This document shows, piece after piece, positions 29,601-37,258 of a stretch of DNA of 39,185 bases (position 1 is the first letter of the stretch; every line of letters starts with the position of its first letter). Below the pieces are notes generated by a model that saw nothing but the letters and a program-made list of their open reading frames with translations, did no database searches and had not been told where the DNA came from. The stretch covers positions 1-39,185 of the forward strand of contig CBFDTJ010000005.1 in the NCBI GenBank assembly GCA_965612865.1, written 5' to 3'. This DNA comes from an uncultured bacterium. GTDB lineage: Bacteria; Caldisericota; Caldisericia; B22-G15. The position numbers and the translations under genes were made by a program.

Positions 29601-32600
29601 CATAACATCATTTACTGTTCCTCCGCCGATACCAACGGAGAGGTCAACTGGATTACCATCAGCGTCTGTTACGATGAATGTAAGTGGCTTACCATCAGGC
29701 TGTGCCTCAGGAAGTACACCTGCAGTTAAGCATGGCTCAGTGTCAACATTCCAGTCCTCAACACCAACAACTGGAATATCTACCTGACCGGCAAGGTAAA
29801 CTTCCCATGGCTCCCAGCCCATACCTGGTGAAAGGGTTGCTTGTCTTGGGTTAACTCCATCATCACCATAGGTGTATGCAGTAATTCTTACTGGAATCTC
29901 TTCGTCGGTGAGAAGTACACTGTTTGAATCAAAGTCAAATCCAATCTCATCAATCTGAGCACCGTTTGCTGCGGTAAGATCAAATAGATACTTACCATCG
30001 TTGATGTGGTTGGTCATTGCAGAGTAGGTTACAAATCCACCCTGCCATGTCTGTGTTGCAATATCAAAGGTTCCAACAATCTCTGTTTCCTTGTCTGCAA
30101 AGGAAATTACACCATCACCGTTCCAGTCGTATGCATTGTAAACTGGACCTGCGTTGAATGCTAATCCTTCAAGTATACCCAATGGCTGACCACCATACTT
30201 TGGTGTCTGACCTGTAATCCAGGCATCACCAACACCATATCTTAACCCTGTTACTGGATCTTCAACACCTCTATCCTGCCAGACAAACATAATTACCTGG
30301 TTTGCAAGTGGCTGGTTGGTTGTTATGGTTGTCTCACCCCAAGGTGAGTTATCTTTATCGTATGGATATACCTTTGCTGTGATGTCAAGAGTTGTATCCT
30401 TGTCCACTGTTATGCTTTCTGGGAATCCAGTGAGCTCTACTGCATGAACTGGAACTCCCTCTGGATTGTCTGAGCAGGATGTGCACCACTTGAAGGAATT
30501 GGTGTTTCCAAGATAATCAGTGATGATTATCTTGATCATTCCTGGTCCAGTTGGAATAATACCTGTAATTACCTGCACATCGTCAAAGGTAAATGGCCAT
30601 CCGTCGTCGTATGCATATCCATCATATTCGAACATACCGTTAGTGATTACTATATCGCCAGATGTATCATATCCTCTTGGTAGATACTCTGTTCCAAGAT
30701 ACTCGTATGGTCCATCTGTAAGCGCTGGATAAGCTGGTGCAACATTGTCTTCAAGAAGGTATGGTCTCCAGACAAATACTGGCTGAGCATTTGGATCTGC
30801 CTTTTCACCAACTATCTCAATGGATGCAAGGGTTCCTGCATCAAAGGAGAGGTGATTTCCTTCAGCATCCTTTGCAATGAATCTAATTGTGTAGTTGGTT
30901 AATGGATAGTACTCAGTTCCAAGTTTCCAGAAGAGGTTTCTGAACTGAGCATGTCTTGAGTTAAATCCATAGAGAAGCCCAACTACAGTCTGAGCATCAA
31001 CTGGACCTGAAAGTGGAAGTCCCTGATAATTATTACCCCAGCCAGAACCTTCAAGTAGGGTCTGACCACCTGGGTATGATCTAAGTTCCATGTTAAGGTT
31101 CTGAAGAACCCATGGATACTGATCAGAGCTCCATCCATATGGAGGATATGGATTTATCCAGTCAGGTCCTGCCCATGCTCTAAGTCCTTCATCAACAATC
31201 TCAAATTCTGCAAAGTTTACATCATAAACCTTTGTTACTGTTACATTTACTGTTCCAAGGTAGTCAATAAGGTCAAAGTCTGGATCATCAAGGTAGAGTG
31301 GTGGCTGTGGTCCGACAAAGTTGTAAATTACATTTGTTGTAAATACAGTAAACTCAACCTCTGCACATCCACTCTTTGGAACCTTGACAAGTGCATAGAT
31401 CATTCCAGATGTATCAATATCTGATGGAAGTGCATATCCATAAAGTGTGTATGCCATGAATCCGTCTGTAAGGACATCGCCAGGGCTTGGAATTCCATCA
31501 AGGTCGTTATCAATAAGGCTGTATGGTCCTCTATCATATACTGGCTGAGTTGTTACTTCTCCTGGCTCAAATATCTGGTCTCCATCATCATTCCATAACC
31601 AGACATAAATGGAGAGATCAGAGTTATATTGAATAATATAATCATCAGCCCCATCATTTCCTGCATTTATCCACTCGATACCATTACCATGTGCATTTAC
31701 ATAACCCCAGAGATTATCTGCTGTTGTATCATAAATAGCTCCACTTGGATCGTCAACATCCTCTGGATTGTCAGCATTGAAGAGAGCAAATCCAATATTT
31801 GGCCATCTCTGATCAAGTGGTGAGATGCACTCCTTGTTTGGATCAAGAATTAAGTCTTCTGGATTGATGGGCCATTCCTCTTCATACCAGCAATCATAGT
31901 TTCCAAACTTGTATGATTCATCATCAATCTCATAATAGTTCTCAAATGGAACTACATCAACAATGTTTTCTCCTGTTGCGTCAAGTTCAGGAACATAGGT
32001 ATACCCATAATATCCATCTTCTGGTCCAAGGGCACCGCAGATCTCTGCAAATGCTCTCACTCTGAACATTGGAGGAAGGTGAGTTACCATATCTGGATAT
32101 AGGCTTCCTCTCCATCCAGTAACATTGTGTGTCTTCTCGCTTCTGTGATTGTTGTCAAGGGTGAAGTACTTAATTACCTCATAGTATGGATCTCCCTGTG
32201 TATCATATCCTGGAAGCTCAAGAACTACATGAACTGTTGCTCCAGCTGGAAGTGTGCAATCATCAGGAAGGCTTACCCACACTGTGTAGGTCTGCTCAAC
32301 CTTGAGTTCGTCAACAGTTACTCCAGCCTCTGTCTCAATGGTTACATCAAGATCCATTGTTCCAGGAAGAACTGTGATATCCATTCCTCTGAAGTCACCA
32401 TAAACCATGGTGATTCCAGAAACTGGGTTCTCATCAACCCATGAATTCTGTGGTCCGTAGAATGTAACCATCTGAAGAACAACAGCACCAACTGTACCTG
32501 CAGCATAGACAGTTGCAAGTGGTGCACCAAGATTTACATCACCACTTGAAACAGAGCCTACTGCCACAAACCAACCTGCAGCTGATGGCTCAAGGATAAC

Positions 32601-33650
32601 GTCTCCAGCAGTGAATGAAGTGCTAGCATCTGTATCATAAACATAGACAATGTTTCCAGAAAGAGAATCAATTATGTAACCAAGCATGTTTGCCATAGTT
32701 GTTACAAGACCATCGTTATCAACTGCACCTACAAACTCTTCACCAGTGTTAAGTGGAACATAGTCATCAGAAAGGTTATCTGTAACAGTTGCAGTAACTG
32801 CAGCTGTATCGTTGTTATCTACTCCATTATCTCTGAATATTTCAAGATCAAGGAATTCTCTGTTTGTGAGCTCAATGTCAAAGAATGTTGTTGTAGAAAC
32901 ATTGTATGCAGTACTTCTTGCAAGTTCGTGTGTGATTGGTGCAAAATCGCTACCTGTTCCTGGTCCAAGAACTGCTGTTGCTACAGGATCATTTACAAGT
33001 GGATTGCCCCAATCCACTGGCTCAACATCAGACTCTACAGAGATATCATAAACTACACTATTCCCGCAGCAGGATGCAGTAAGAACCTCAAAGAATAGGA
33101 AAAGATCACCAGGAGTGTATCCTCCACTATAATCCATATCTGCAAGACCAATCTGGAATGTTCTTCCAGCTGCTGGTCCATAGTCAAGGGTTACATAATC
33201 ACCAACAGCGAATGGTCCCATTGTGTTTGCCCAGGCAGTTGAACCTGGAACATCAAAGTGTGTGTCTGGGTCAATGTATATATGCTCCTCTTCGTCTACT
33301 ACCACATAGTAGTGGTCCTTGAGTTCAGAGAGACTTCCCTCAGAGACTACTGTGGCATAGAAATCTGTTGCGAGATCTGGTTCCACAGTAGTGAGAGGAT
33401 CGGCATCACCATCCCAATCTGCTGTTTCATCCCAGTAGAAACTGAAGTATCTCTGAACTGTTACTGCTGAATCTACAAGTTCCCATGTGTGTGGAGGTGC
33501 TGTTACTGCTTGAACATCCTGCCATGCATTGGCTATCATTGTTGCAGGAGTCTTGTCATAAGCGGCTGCTGTTGGTGTTCCTGTAAATCTGAATGGGACA
33601 AAGGAAATTGCAAGGAGCACTACTAAAAATAAAGCTAAATACTTACGCAT
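26667..33650 (-). CDS. Giant acidic surface/S-layer-like protein (~2327 aa) with C-terminal Ig-like domains and copper amine oxidase N-terminal (stalk) domain
   Basis: Start at ATG 33650 (SD AAGGAGGT, signal peptide MRKYLALFLVVLLAIS...AAA); many DxDxDG-like loops; two DT.PPELTV Ig repeats; stalk motifs AP.IKNGRTMVPLR.IAEAFGA.V.W and AP.IVNGRTFVPIRFIAEAFG..V.W; codon use visibly different from neighbours (TTC/AAC/TAC/GAC frequent). Confidence 0.85.
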   Translation of the reverse strand: MRKYLALFLVVLLAISFVPFRFTGTPTAAAYDKTPATMIANAWQDVQAVTAPPHTWELVDSAVTVQRYFSFYWDETADWDGDADPLTTVEPDLATDFYATVVSEGSLSELKDHYYVVVDEEEHIYIDPDTHFDVPGSTAWANTMGPFAVGDYVTLDYGPAAGRTFQIGLADMDYSGGYTPGDLFLFFEVLTASCCGNSVVYDISVESDVEPVDWGNPLVNDPVATAVLGPGTGSDFAPITHELARSTAYNVSTTTFFDIELTNREFLDLEIFRDNGVDNNDTAAVTATVTDNLSDDYVPLNTGEEFVGAVDNDGLVTTMANMLGYIIDSLSGNIVYVYDTDASTSFTAGDVILEPSAAGWFVAVGSVSSGDVNLGAPLATVYAAGTVGAVVLQMVTFYGPQNSWVDENPVSGITMVYGDFRGMDITVLPGTMDLDVTIETEAGVTVDELKVEQTYTVWVSLPDDCTLPAGATVHVVLELPGYDTQGDPYYEVIKYFTLDNNHRSEKTHNVTGWRGSLYPDMVTHLPPMFRVRAFAEICGALGPEDGYYGYTYVPELDATGENIVDVVPFENYYEIDDESYKFGNYDCWYEEEWPINPEDLILDPNKECISPLDQRWPNIGFALFNADNPEDVDDPSGAIYDTTADNLWGYVNAHGNGIEWINAGNDGADDYIIQYNSDLSIYVWLWNDDGDQIFEPGEVTTQPVYDRGPYSLIDNDLDGIPSPGDVLTDGFMAYTLYGYALPSDIDTSGMIYALVKVPKSGCAEVEFTVFTTNVIYNFVGPQPPLYLDDPDFDLIDYLGTVNVTVTKVYDVNFAEFEIVDEGLRAWAGPDWINPYPPYGWSSDQYPWVLQNLNMELRSYPGGQTLLEGSGWGNNYQGLPLSGPVDAQTVVGLLYGFNSRHAQFRNLFWKLGTEYYPLTNYTIRFIAKDAEGNHLSFDAGTLASIEIVGEKADPNAQPVFVWRPYLLEDNVAPAYPALTDGPYEYLGTEYLPRGYDTSGDIVITNGMFEYDGYAYDDGWPFTFDDVQVITGIIPTGPGMIKIIITDYLGNTNSFKWCTSCSDNPEGVPVHAVELTGFPESITVDKDTTLDITAKVYPYDKDNSPWGETTITTNQPLANQVIMFVWQDRGVEDPVTGLRYGVGDAWITGQTPKYGGQPLGILEGLAFNAGPVYNAYDWNGDGVISFADKETEIVGTFDIATQTWQGGFVTYSAMTNHINDGKYLFDLTAANGAQIDEIGFDFDSNSVLLTDEEIPVRITAYTYGDDGVNPRQATLSPGMGWEPWEVYLAGQVDIPVVGVEDWNVDTEPCLTAGVLPEAQPDGKPLTFIVTDADGNPVDLSVGIGGGTVNDVMIWNGLFDDVVPVPLPEYYWVRTDLHNDAIVVDPDTGLAHALNLYAANDMYVGGPYDWNGDGVADVDAIGNSLEPINPDFTEMGDGIYKFTGFVANDKGEFEVYVYSPDRKHYGVATVKVELPDVSYEITNVEDETGTVFTVPGDPDFVMTAGDIRIYEVTVTVKDCEGKPIASPGPVGECEPPTEGVYAGFLPYMGYTPHYFNWVGADFDGDGDVSFTEWIPFGAYASTYDNIYEGGAGEGKVYGVHDWTHYLFYWGNPTADGFEGQQGIYNSQYDIGPWAIGNMYPDINTDGVIDVDDTFTLDENGQATFYVETDDISALSGIVGKNPYVTIFDTGAGVYDLGDVAGWSYMLSYPRYRFGAAWSGTGNGADWGFFLDWYGNANRQVDIDFMKFEVLNGETHEELGKEIFNENFYDLTYGLENHLVVHALPADDRDLAVREGVQVQLVGNVETWAYGTFTHNDDGVAETTLNFLPRGVGTRVAYLAVVARWGSDMFWMRNDLEPWWYKFNSVGEVLYWTYDDRAPDNAMIEFGAASFITDWLAAFTGWGASLFNGSFLITPKGHEVADMREAQRIAPPVGSASWPLPYFDAAKGLGLSLKGDLTVGVETEVTVKVVEAGPNFPVAGAEVTLYGAGVDLVGTTDADGMVKFSVKPTEAGDILITAAKDGYISGKMVVSVGADTIPPELTVDKPASPTNEPTVTITGTATDNSGTVMVKVNGVEAEVGADGKFSAEVTLTEGENEITVVAKDPSGNKTEKTVVVVLDTVPPELTVDALPSPLTSTTVKLSGKVEEGAKVMVNDVEATVAHDYWEAELELEYGENIVTVTATDAVGNETTKEITVVIYKKTVVELQIGNPVARVNGEFGEPYEAAPYIKNGRTMVPLRLIAEAFGATVEWIPETRGINISLDLASTKHTIGLQVGNPTAIVDGEVFALDVAPEIVNGRTFVPIRFIAEAFGSQVDWDPLTRTVTITFLWY

Positions 33651-33659
33651 ACGCGTAAC

Positions 33660-33886
33660 CTCCTTTTTGTTTAGAATTTTGAGGAATCCGTCCTCATGCG
33701 GGGTCAGGGGCAAACTTTCTGGTTTCTCTCCTTCCCTGACCTTTAAGGAAAGAAACCTTCCTTTACTCATACTCTACCTTCTCACCTCCTTTCATTTTGT
33801 TTTGAGTTTGGGTTGGGCGCCTGCCTACCCTCTCCAGTTCCCTGGCGGTTTGGCAGTAACACAGCCCAAACCTCAAACTCCACCCA
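33660..33886 (-). promoter_or_regulatory. Long structured 5' UTR of the surface-protein gene
   Basis: 77-nt hairpin 33804-33880 with GGAA tetraloop; extra SD 33782-33792; stems at 33745-33763, 33702-33741 and 33681-33695. Confidence 0.65.
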
Positions 33887-33896
33887 CCTAATATCA

Positions 33897-33912
33897 TGCA
33901 AATTCCATGCCA
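33897..33912 (-). promoter_or_regulatory. sigma54 (-24/-12) promoter
   Basis: Minus strand TGGCATGGAATTTGCA, i.e. GG-N10-GC in a TGGCA...TTGCA context. Predicted +1 near 33886, right before the 5' hairpin. Confidence 0.8.
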
Positions 33913-34073
33913 GTTTTATTTCCCAATTTGAATTTACTGCTCTATAAAGTAACTCCTCTCTTTTTTGAGGTAAACTCCAAACTAAAAACTTATAAAGAAA
34001 AATTTTCTCATAAGTTTCCAAGTAATCCTCTTTCCACAAAGAATTTTATTCCTTAAACTCTACCCTTTCAATA

Positions 34074-34110
34074 TGTGTAAAAAGTAAACATGCTGTGTAA
34101 AATTTACACA
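34074..34110. promoter_or_regulatory. Tandem TGT-N11-ACA sites (candidate enhancer-binding-protein UAS)
   Basis: TGTGTAAAAAGTAAACA (34074-34090) and perfect inverted repeat TGTGTAAA-A-TTTACACA (34094-34110), with a 20-bp period, about 200 bp upstream of the sigma54 start. Confidence 0.6.
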
Positions 34111-35021
34111 CCGTGTGGAAATACCACCTCAAATTCTTTCAGTATTTCAATAATCTCGTCTTTAATCTTCCTCTTTGCCTCCTCAGTGTTTCCTCCAATA
34201 TGTGGAGTAAAAATGCAGTTATCAAATTCAAAGAGTTTACTTTCTTCGGGAGGCTCAGTTTCAAAAACATCGAGAGCACACCCGGAGATTTTACCACTTT
34301 TTAACCCACAGACAAGAGCCTCTTCGTCAACAACCTCTCCCCGAGATGTATTTATAAGAAAAACTCCTCTTCTCATTTTATCCACGGCTCTCTTATTTAT
34401 AAGATGGTAGGTATCTTCTGTCAGAGGAACATGAATGGAGATAAAGTGAGAGATGGAGAGAATTTCATCAAAAGAAATATACTTTATAAAAGAAACACCT
34501 TTATTAAATGGATCAAACCCAAAAACATTCATGCCCAGAAATCTTGCCATAAGAGCAACGCTTCTTCCAATGTTTCCCGTTCCAATAATTCCAAGGTTTT
34601 TTCCTTTTAGTTCAAATCCAATGAATTTATCCTTATCCCATTTTCCAGATCTTGTTGAATTTGAAAGAGGCAGTATATTTCTTGAAAGTGCTATCATGAA
34701 ACCAATTACAAGTTCTGAAACTGAGTTAATACTTGCATTTTTTGTATTTCTCACCTCTATTCCCCTCTCCCTCGCAAATTCACAGTCTATATTATCCAGT
34801 CCGATTCCTGCTCTTATTATGAGTTTCAGGTTTTTTGCCCTTTGAAGTACCTCTCTATTTAATCTGGTTCTACTCCTTACAATAATTACATCCTTATCCT
34901 CTATCTCTTCCTCAAGTCTATTTCTTTCAATACCTGGCCTGTAAAAAACCATATACTTTCTGGAAAGAATCTCAACTAAAGACTCATGAACAACATCTGT
35001 AATTAGAATCCGAAAGGCCAT
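34104..35021 (-). CDS. D-2-hydroxyacid / D-3-phosphoglycerate dehydrogenase (short form, no ACT domain)
   Basis: IVRSRT, RAGIGLDNID, GFELKGK.LGIIGTGNIG, INTSRG, LDVFETEPP and TPHIGGNT.EA. Confidence 0.85.
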   Translation of the reverse strand: MAFRILITDVVHESLVEILSRKYMVFYRPGIERNRLEEEIEDKDVIIVRSRTRLNREVLQRAKNLKLIIRAGIGLDNIDCEFARERGIEVRNTKNASINSVSELVIGFMIALSRNILPLSNSTRSGKWDKDKFIGFELKGKNLGIIGTGNIGRSVALMARFLGMNVFGFDPFNKGVSFIKYISFDEILSISHFISIHVPLTEDTYHLINKRAVDKMRRGVFLINTSRGEVVDEEALVCGLKSGKISGCALDVFETEPPEESKLFEFDNCIFTPHIGGNTEEAKRKIKDEIIEILKEFEVVFPHGV

Positions 35022-35023
35022 AA

Positions 35024-36361
35024 CTAAACCTCCGGTAGCTCCTTTAATGCTTTTTCTATCTCCTCTTCTGGATACTCGTAATCTGTAAGTTTTCCTTTAA
35101 GATATGCATCGTACGCTGAGAGGTCAAAATGACCATGACCTGAAAAGTTAAAGACTATAACATCTCCTCTTTTTGCCTTTTTTGCCTCTTCAATAACGGC
35201 TTTTATTGCATGATTCGTCTCTGGAGCAGGAATGATTCCTTCTGTTTTTGCAAAAAGAATTCCTGCCTCAAATACTTCCTTCTGATAAAAGGATGTTGCT
35301 TCTATTATGTTGTTTTTTAAAAGTAAACTGAGAATTGGCGCATCTCCATGGTATCTTAAGCCTCCTGCGTGAATTGATGGTGGAACGAAGGAACTTCCAA
35401 GGGTGTACATCTTAAACAGAGGGGTAACTCTTCCAGTATCACCATAATCATATGTGTATTTTCCTTTTGTAAAGGTTGGACAGGCTTTTGGCTCCACTGC
35501 AACAAATCTTATATTTTTATCATCAAGCCTGTCAGGAACAAAGGGAAGAATAAAACCGCCGAAGTTACTGCCACCTCCAACACATCCTATCATAACCGTC
35601 GGTGTAAGCCCTTCCTTTTCAAGTTGCTTCTTTGTTTCAAGTCCTATAATCGTCTGATGCAGGAGTACATGGTTTGCCACACTACCGATGGCATATTTAG
35701 TGTCTTTATTCTTTGCCGCCTCTTCAACTGCCTCAGAAATTGCTATTCCAAGACTTCCAGAGGTATCTGGAAACCTCTCTCTTATCATCTTCCCGACTTC
35801 AGTCATATCTGTTGGGGATGGGAAACATTCTGCACCCCAGGACTCCATTAAAAGTCTTCTGTAAGGTTTCTGTTCATAACTTACCTTTACCATGTAAACC
35901 CTTACATTCAATCCAAATTGAGCACCTGCAAAGGAAAGAGCGGAACCCCACTGACCTGCACCAGTTTCAGTAACAAGTCTCTCTGTTCCCTCAATGCTTG
36001 CAAAATAAGCCTGTGCTACTGCTGTGTTTGGTTTGTGGGAGCCTGGAGGAGAGACTGACTCATTTTTGTAGAAAATTTTTGCCTCTGTGCCGATTGCTTT
36101 CTCAAGGTTCTCTGCTCTTACAAGGGGAGTTGGTCTCCACATTGAATACACCCTTAAAACCTCTTCCGGAATATCAATCAATCTTTTCTCTGAAAACTCC
36201 TGTTCAACACAGGATTCTGGAAAAACAACTTCCAGCTCTTCTGGTTTCACAGGTTTAAGAGTTTGTGGATTAAGGGGAGGGGGAACACTTTCTGGTAAAT
36301 CTGGCAAGACATTGTACCAGCCTCTCGGAAGCTCACTTTCGTTTAATAAAATTTTTTTCAT
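35024..36361 (-). CDS. trpB2: Tryptophan synthase beta chain 2 (TrpB2)
   Basis: [55 protein letters not shown] and SGHGHFDL; no adjacent trpA. Confidence 0.93.
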   Translation of the reverse strand: MKKILLNESELPRGWYNVLPDLPESVPPPLNPQTLKPVKPEELEVVFPESCVEQEFSEKRLIDIPEEVLRVYSMWRPTPLVRAENLEKAIGTEAKIFYKNESVSPPGSHKPNTAVAQAYFASIEGTERLVTETGAGQWGSALSFAGAQFGLNVRVYMVKVSYEQKPYRRLLMESWGAECFPSPTDMTEVGKMIRERFPDTSGSLGIAISEAVEEAAKNKDTKYAIGSVANHVLLHQTIIGLETKKQLEKEGLTPTVMIGCVGGGSNFGGFILPFVPDRLDDKNIRFVAVEPKACPTFTKGKYTYDYGDTGRVTPLFKMYTLGSSFVPPSIHAGGLRYHGDAPILSLLLKNNIIEATSFYQKEVFEAGILFAKTEGIIPAPETNHAIKAVIEEAKKAKRGDVIVFNFSGHGHFDLSAYDAYLKGKLTDYEYPEEEIEKALKELPEV

Positions 36362-36384
36362 AAAGCACCTCCTTTTGGTTTATA

Positions 36385-36417
36385 AAAATAAAAAAGGAGC
36401 CTCTCCCGAGGCTCCTT
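36385..36417 (-). terminator. Attenuator terminator upstream of trpB2
   Basis: AAGGAGCCTC-GGGA-GAGGCTCCTT followed by TTTTATTTTT; lies between the promoter and the trpB2 SD. Confidence 0.9.
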
Positions 36418-36451
36418 GATGGTATTCTTGTGGGGTTTTATGGTTCTGGCT

Positions 36452-36547
36452 TTAGGTGAATACAAAGGCAGCCCCGGAAGAGAGTCTCTCTTCAGAGCGC
36501 CACCACCAGAACCAATTAAGTGAATATACAGAAGTCAAATCTTTCAC
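36452..36547 (-). CDS. Trp leader peptide (31 aa, MKDLTSVYSLNWFWWWRSEERLSSGAAFVFT)
   Basis: GTG start, TGG-TTC-TGG-TGG-TGG at 36514-36500, TAA at 36454-36452; directly upstream of the terminator and trpB2. Confidence 0.82.
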   Translation of the reverse strand: MKDLTSVYSLNWFWWWRSEERLSSGAAFVFT

Positions 36548-36557
36548 ATTTTGAATT

Positions 36558-36585
36558 AGGTTAACACAAAATTTATTTTTGTCAA
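36558..36585 (-). promoter_or_regulatory. sigma70 promoter for the trp leader-trpB2 transcript
   Basis: Minus strand TTGACA-N16-TAACCT with an extended -10 TG. Confidence 0.7.
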
Positions 36586-36641
36586 TATTTTGATACAATT
36601 TAACTAATCAATTGGTCTTTGGACTTAAAAATGGAGGAAAC

Positions 36642-37079
36642 ATGGAGAAAGCTAAAACGGGAGATACTGTAAGGGTGGAATACACGGGAAAATTTGAGGA
36701 TGGTCAAATATTTGATTCAAACAAAGGAAAAGAACTTCTTGAATTTACCCTTGGAGAGGGAAAGATTATACCAGGGTTTGAAAAGGCAGTTATTGGAATG
36801 GAGGTGGATGAAGAAAAAACTGTTAAGATTCCACCTAAAGATGGGTATGGAGAGTATATTGAAGGACTTGTGGCTGAAGTAGAAAAGGAGAGGTTTCCAG
36901 AAAACTTAAGTCTTGAAGTGGGAAGGCAACTTGTTATTCCACAGGAAAATGGCGGTCAGTTGATAGTAACCATAACAAAGGTTACAGACTCAAAAGTGAC
37001 ACTGGATGCAAACCACCCTCTGGCTGGAAAAACTCTTATATTTGATATAAAACTTAAGGAGATAGTTAAAAAAAGTTAG
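36642..37079 (+). CDS. slyD: SlyD/SlpA-like FKBP peptidyl-prolyl isomerase (no His-rich tail)
   Basis: GD.V.VEYTG..EDG..FDS, IIPGFE, IPP..GYG and LDANHPLAGKTL.F; ATG 36642 after GGAGGA. Confidence 0.88.
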   Translation: MEKAKTGDTVRVEYTGKFEDGQIFDSNKGKELLEFTLGEGKIIPGFEKAVIGMEVDEEKTVKIPPKDGYGEYIEGLVAEVEKERFPENLSLEVGRQLVIPQENGGQLIVTITKVTDSKVTLDANHPLAGKTLIFDIKLKEIVKKS

Positions 37080-37158
37080 TAAAGAAAATTATTTAAGGCA
37101 TTTTCCTTCTAAAGAAGGTTTTATAGTGTGATTTAATAAATAGAATAGTTAAAAACTA

Positions 37159-37186
37159 TTGACAAATTTAAAATTTATTTTATAAA
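37159..37186 (+). promoter_or_regulatory. sigma70-type promoter for speD-speE
   Basis: TTGACA-N16-TATAAA in an AT-rich intergenic region. Confidence 0.55.
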
Positions 37187-37258
37187 TTTATTTGCTACTT
37201 TATTTTTGCAATCTAATTTTATTATTTTTTATATATTCTCTCTATGGAGGGAGGTGAA

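Noticed and set aside
26819..33470. Long antisense and alternate-frame ORFs (e.g. 28848-29729, 27187-27708)
   Set aside because: Shadow ORFs expected from the strong codon bias of the large gene; no protein-like features.
33804..33880. SRP (4.5S) RNA or c-di-GMP-I riboswitch
   Set aside because: It has a GGAA tetraloop but lacks the SRP CAGG/AGCA internal loop and the GEMM GCAAA/second-hairpin features.
33782..34039. 85-aa minus-strand ORF
   Set aside because: No SD or recognisable domain; it spans the promoter and structured UTR.
34094..34110. Intrinsic terminator for the dehydrogenase gene
   Set aside because: AT-rich stem with a 1-nt centre and no U-tract, overlapping the stop; the degenerate twin 20 bp away favours a protein-binding site.
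36385..36550. T-box riboswitch or TRAP site upstream of trpB2
   Set aside because: No UGGNACC T-box bulge, no Stem I, and no (G/U)AG repeat tract; the leader peptide model fits better.
37105..37122. Terminator after slyD (CCTTC-TAAA-GAAGG-TTTT)
   Set aside because: Only a 5-bp stem; too weak to call with confidence.
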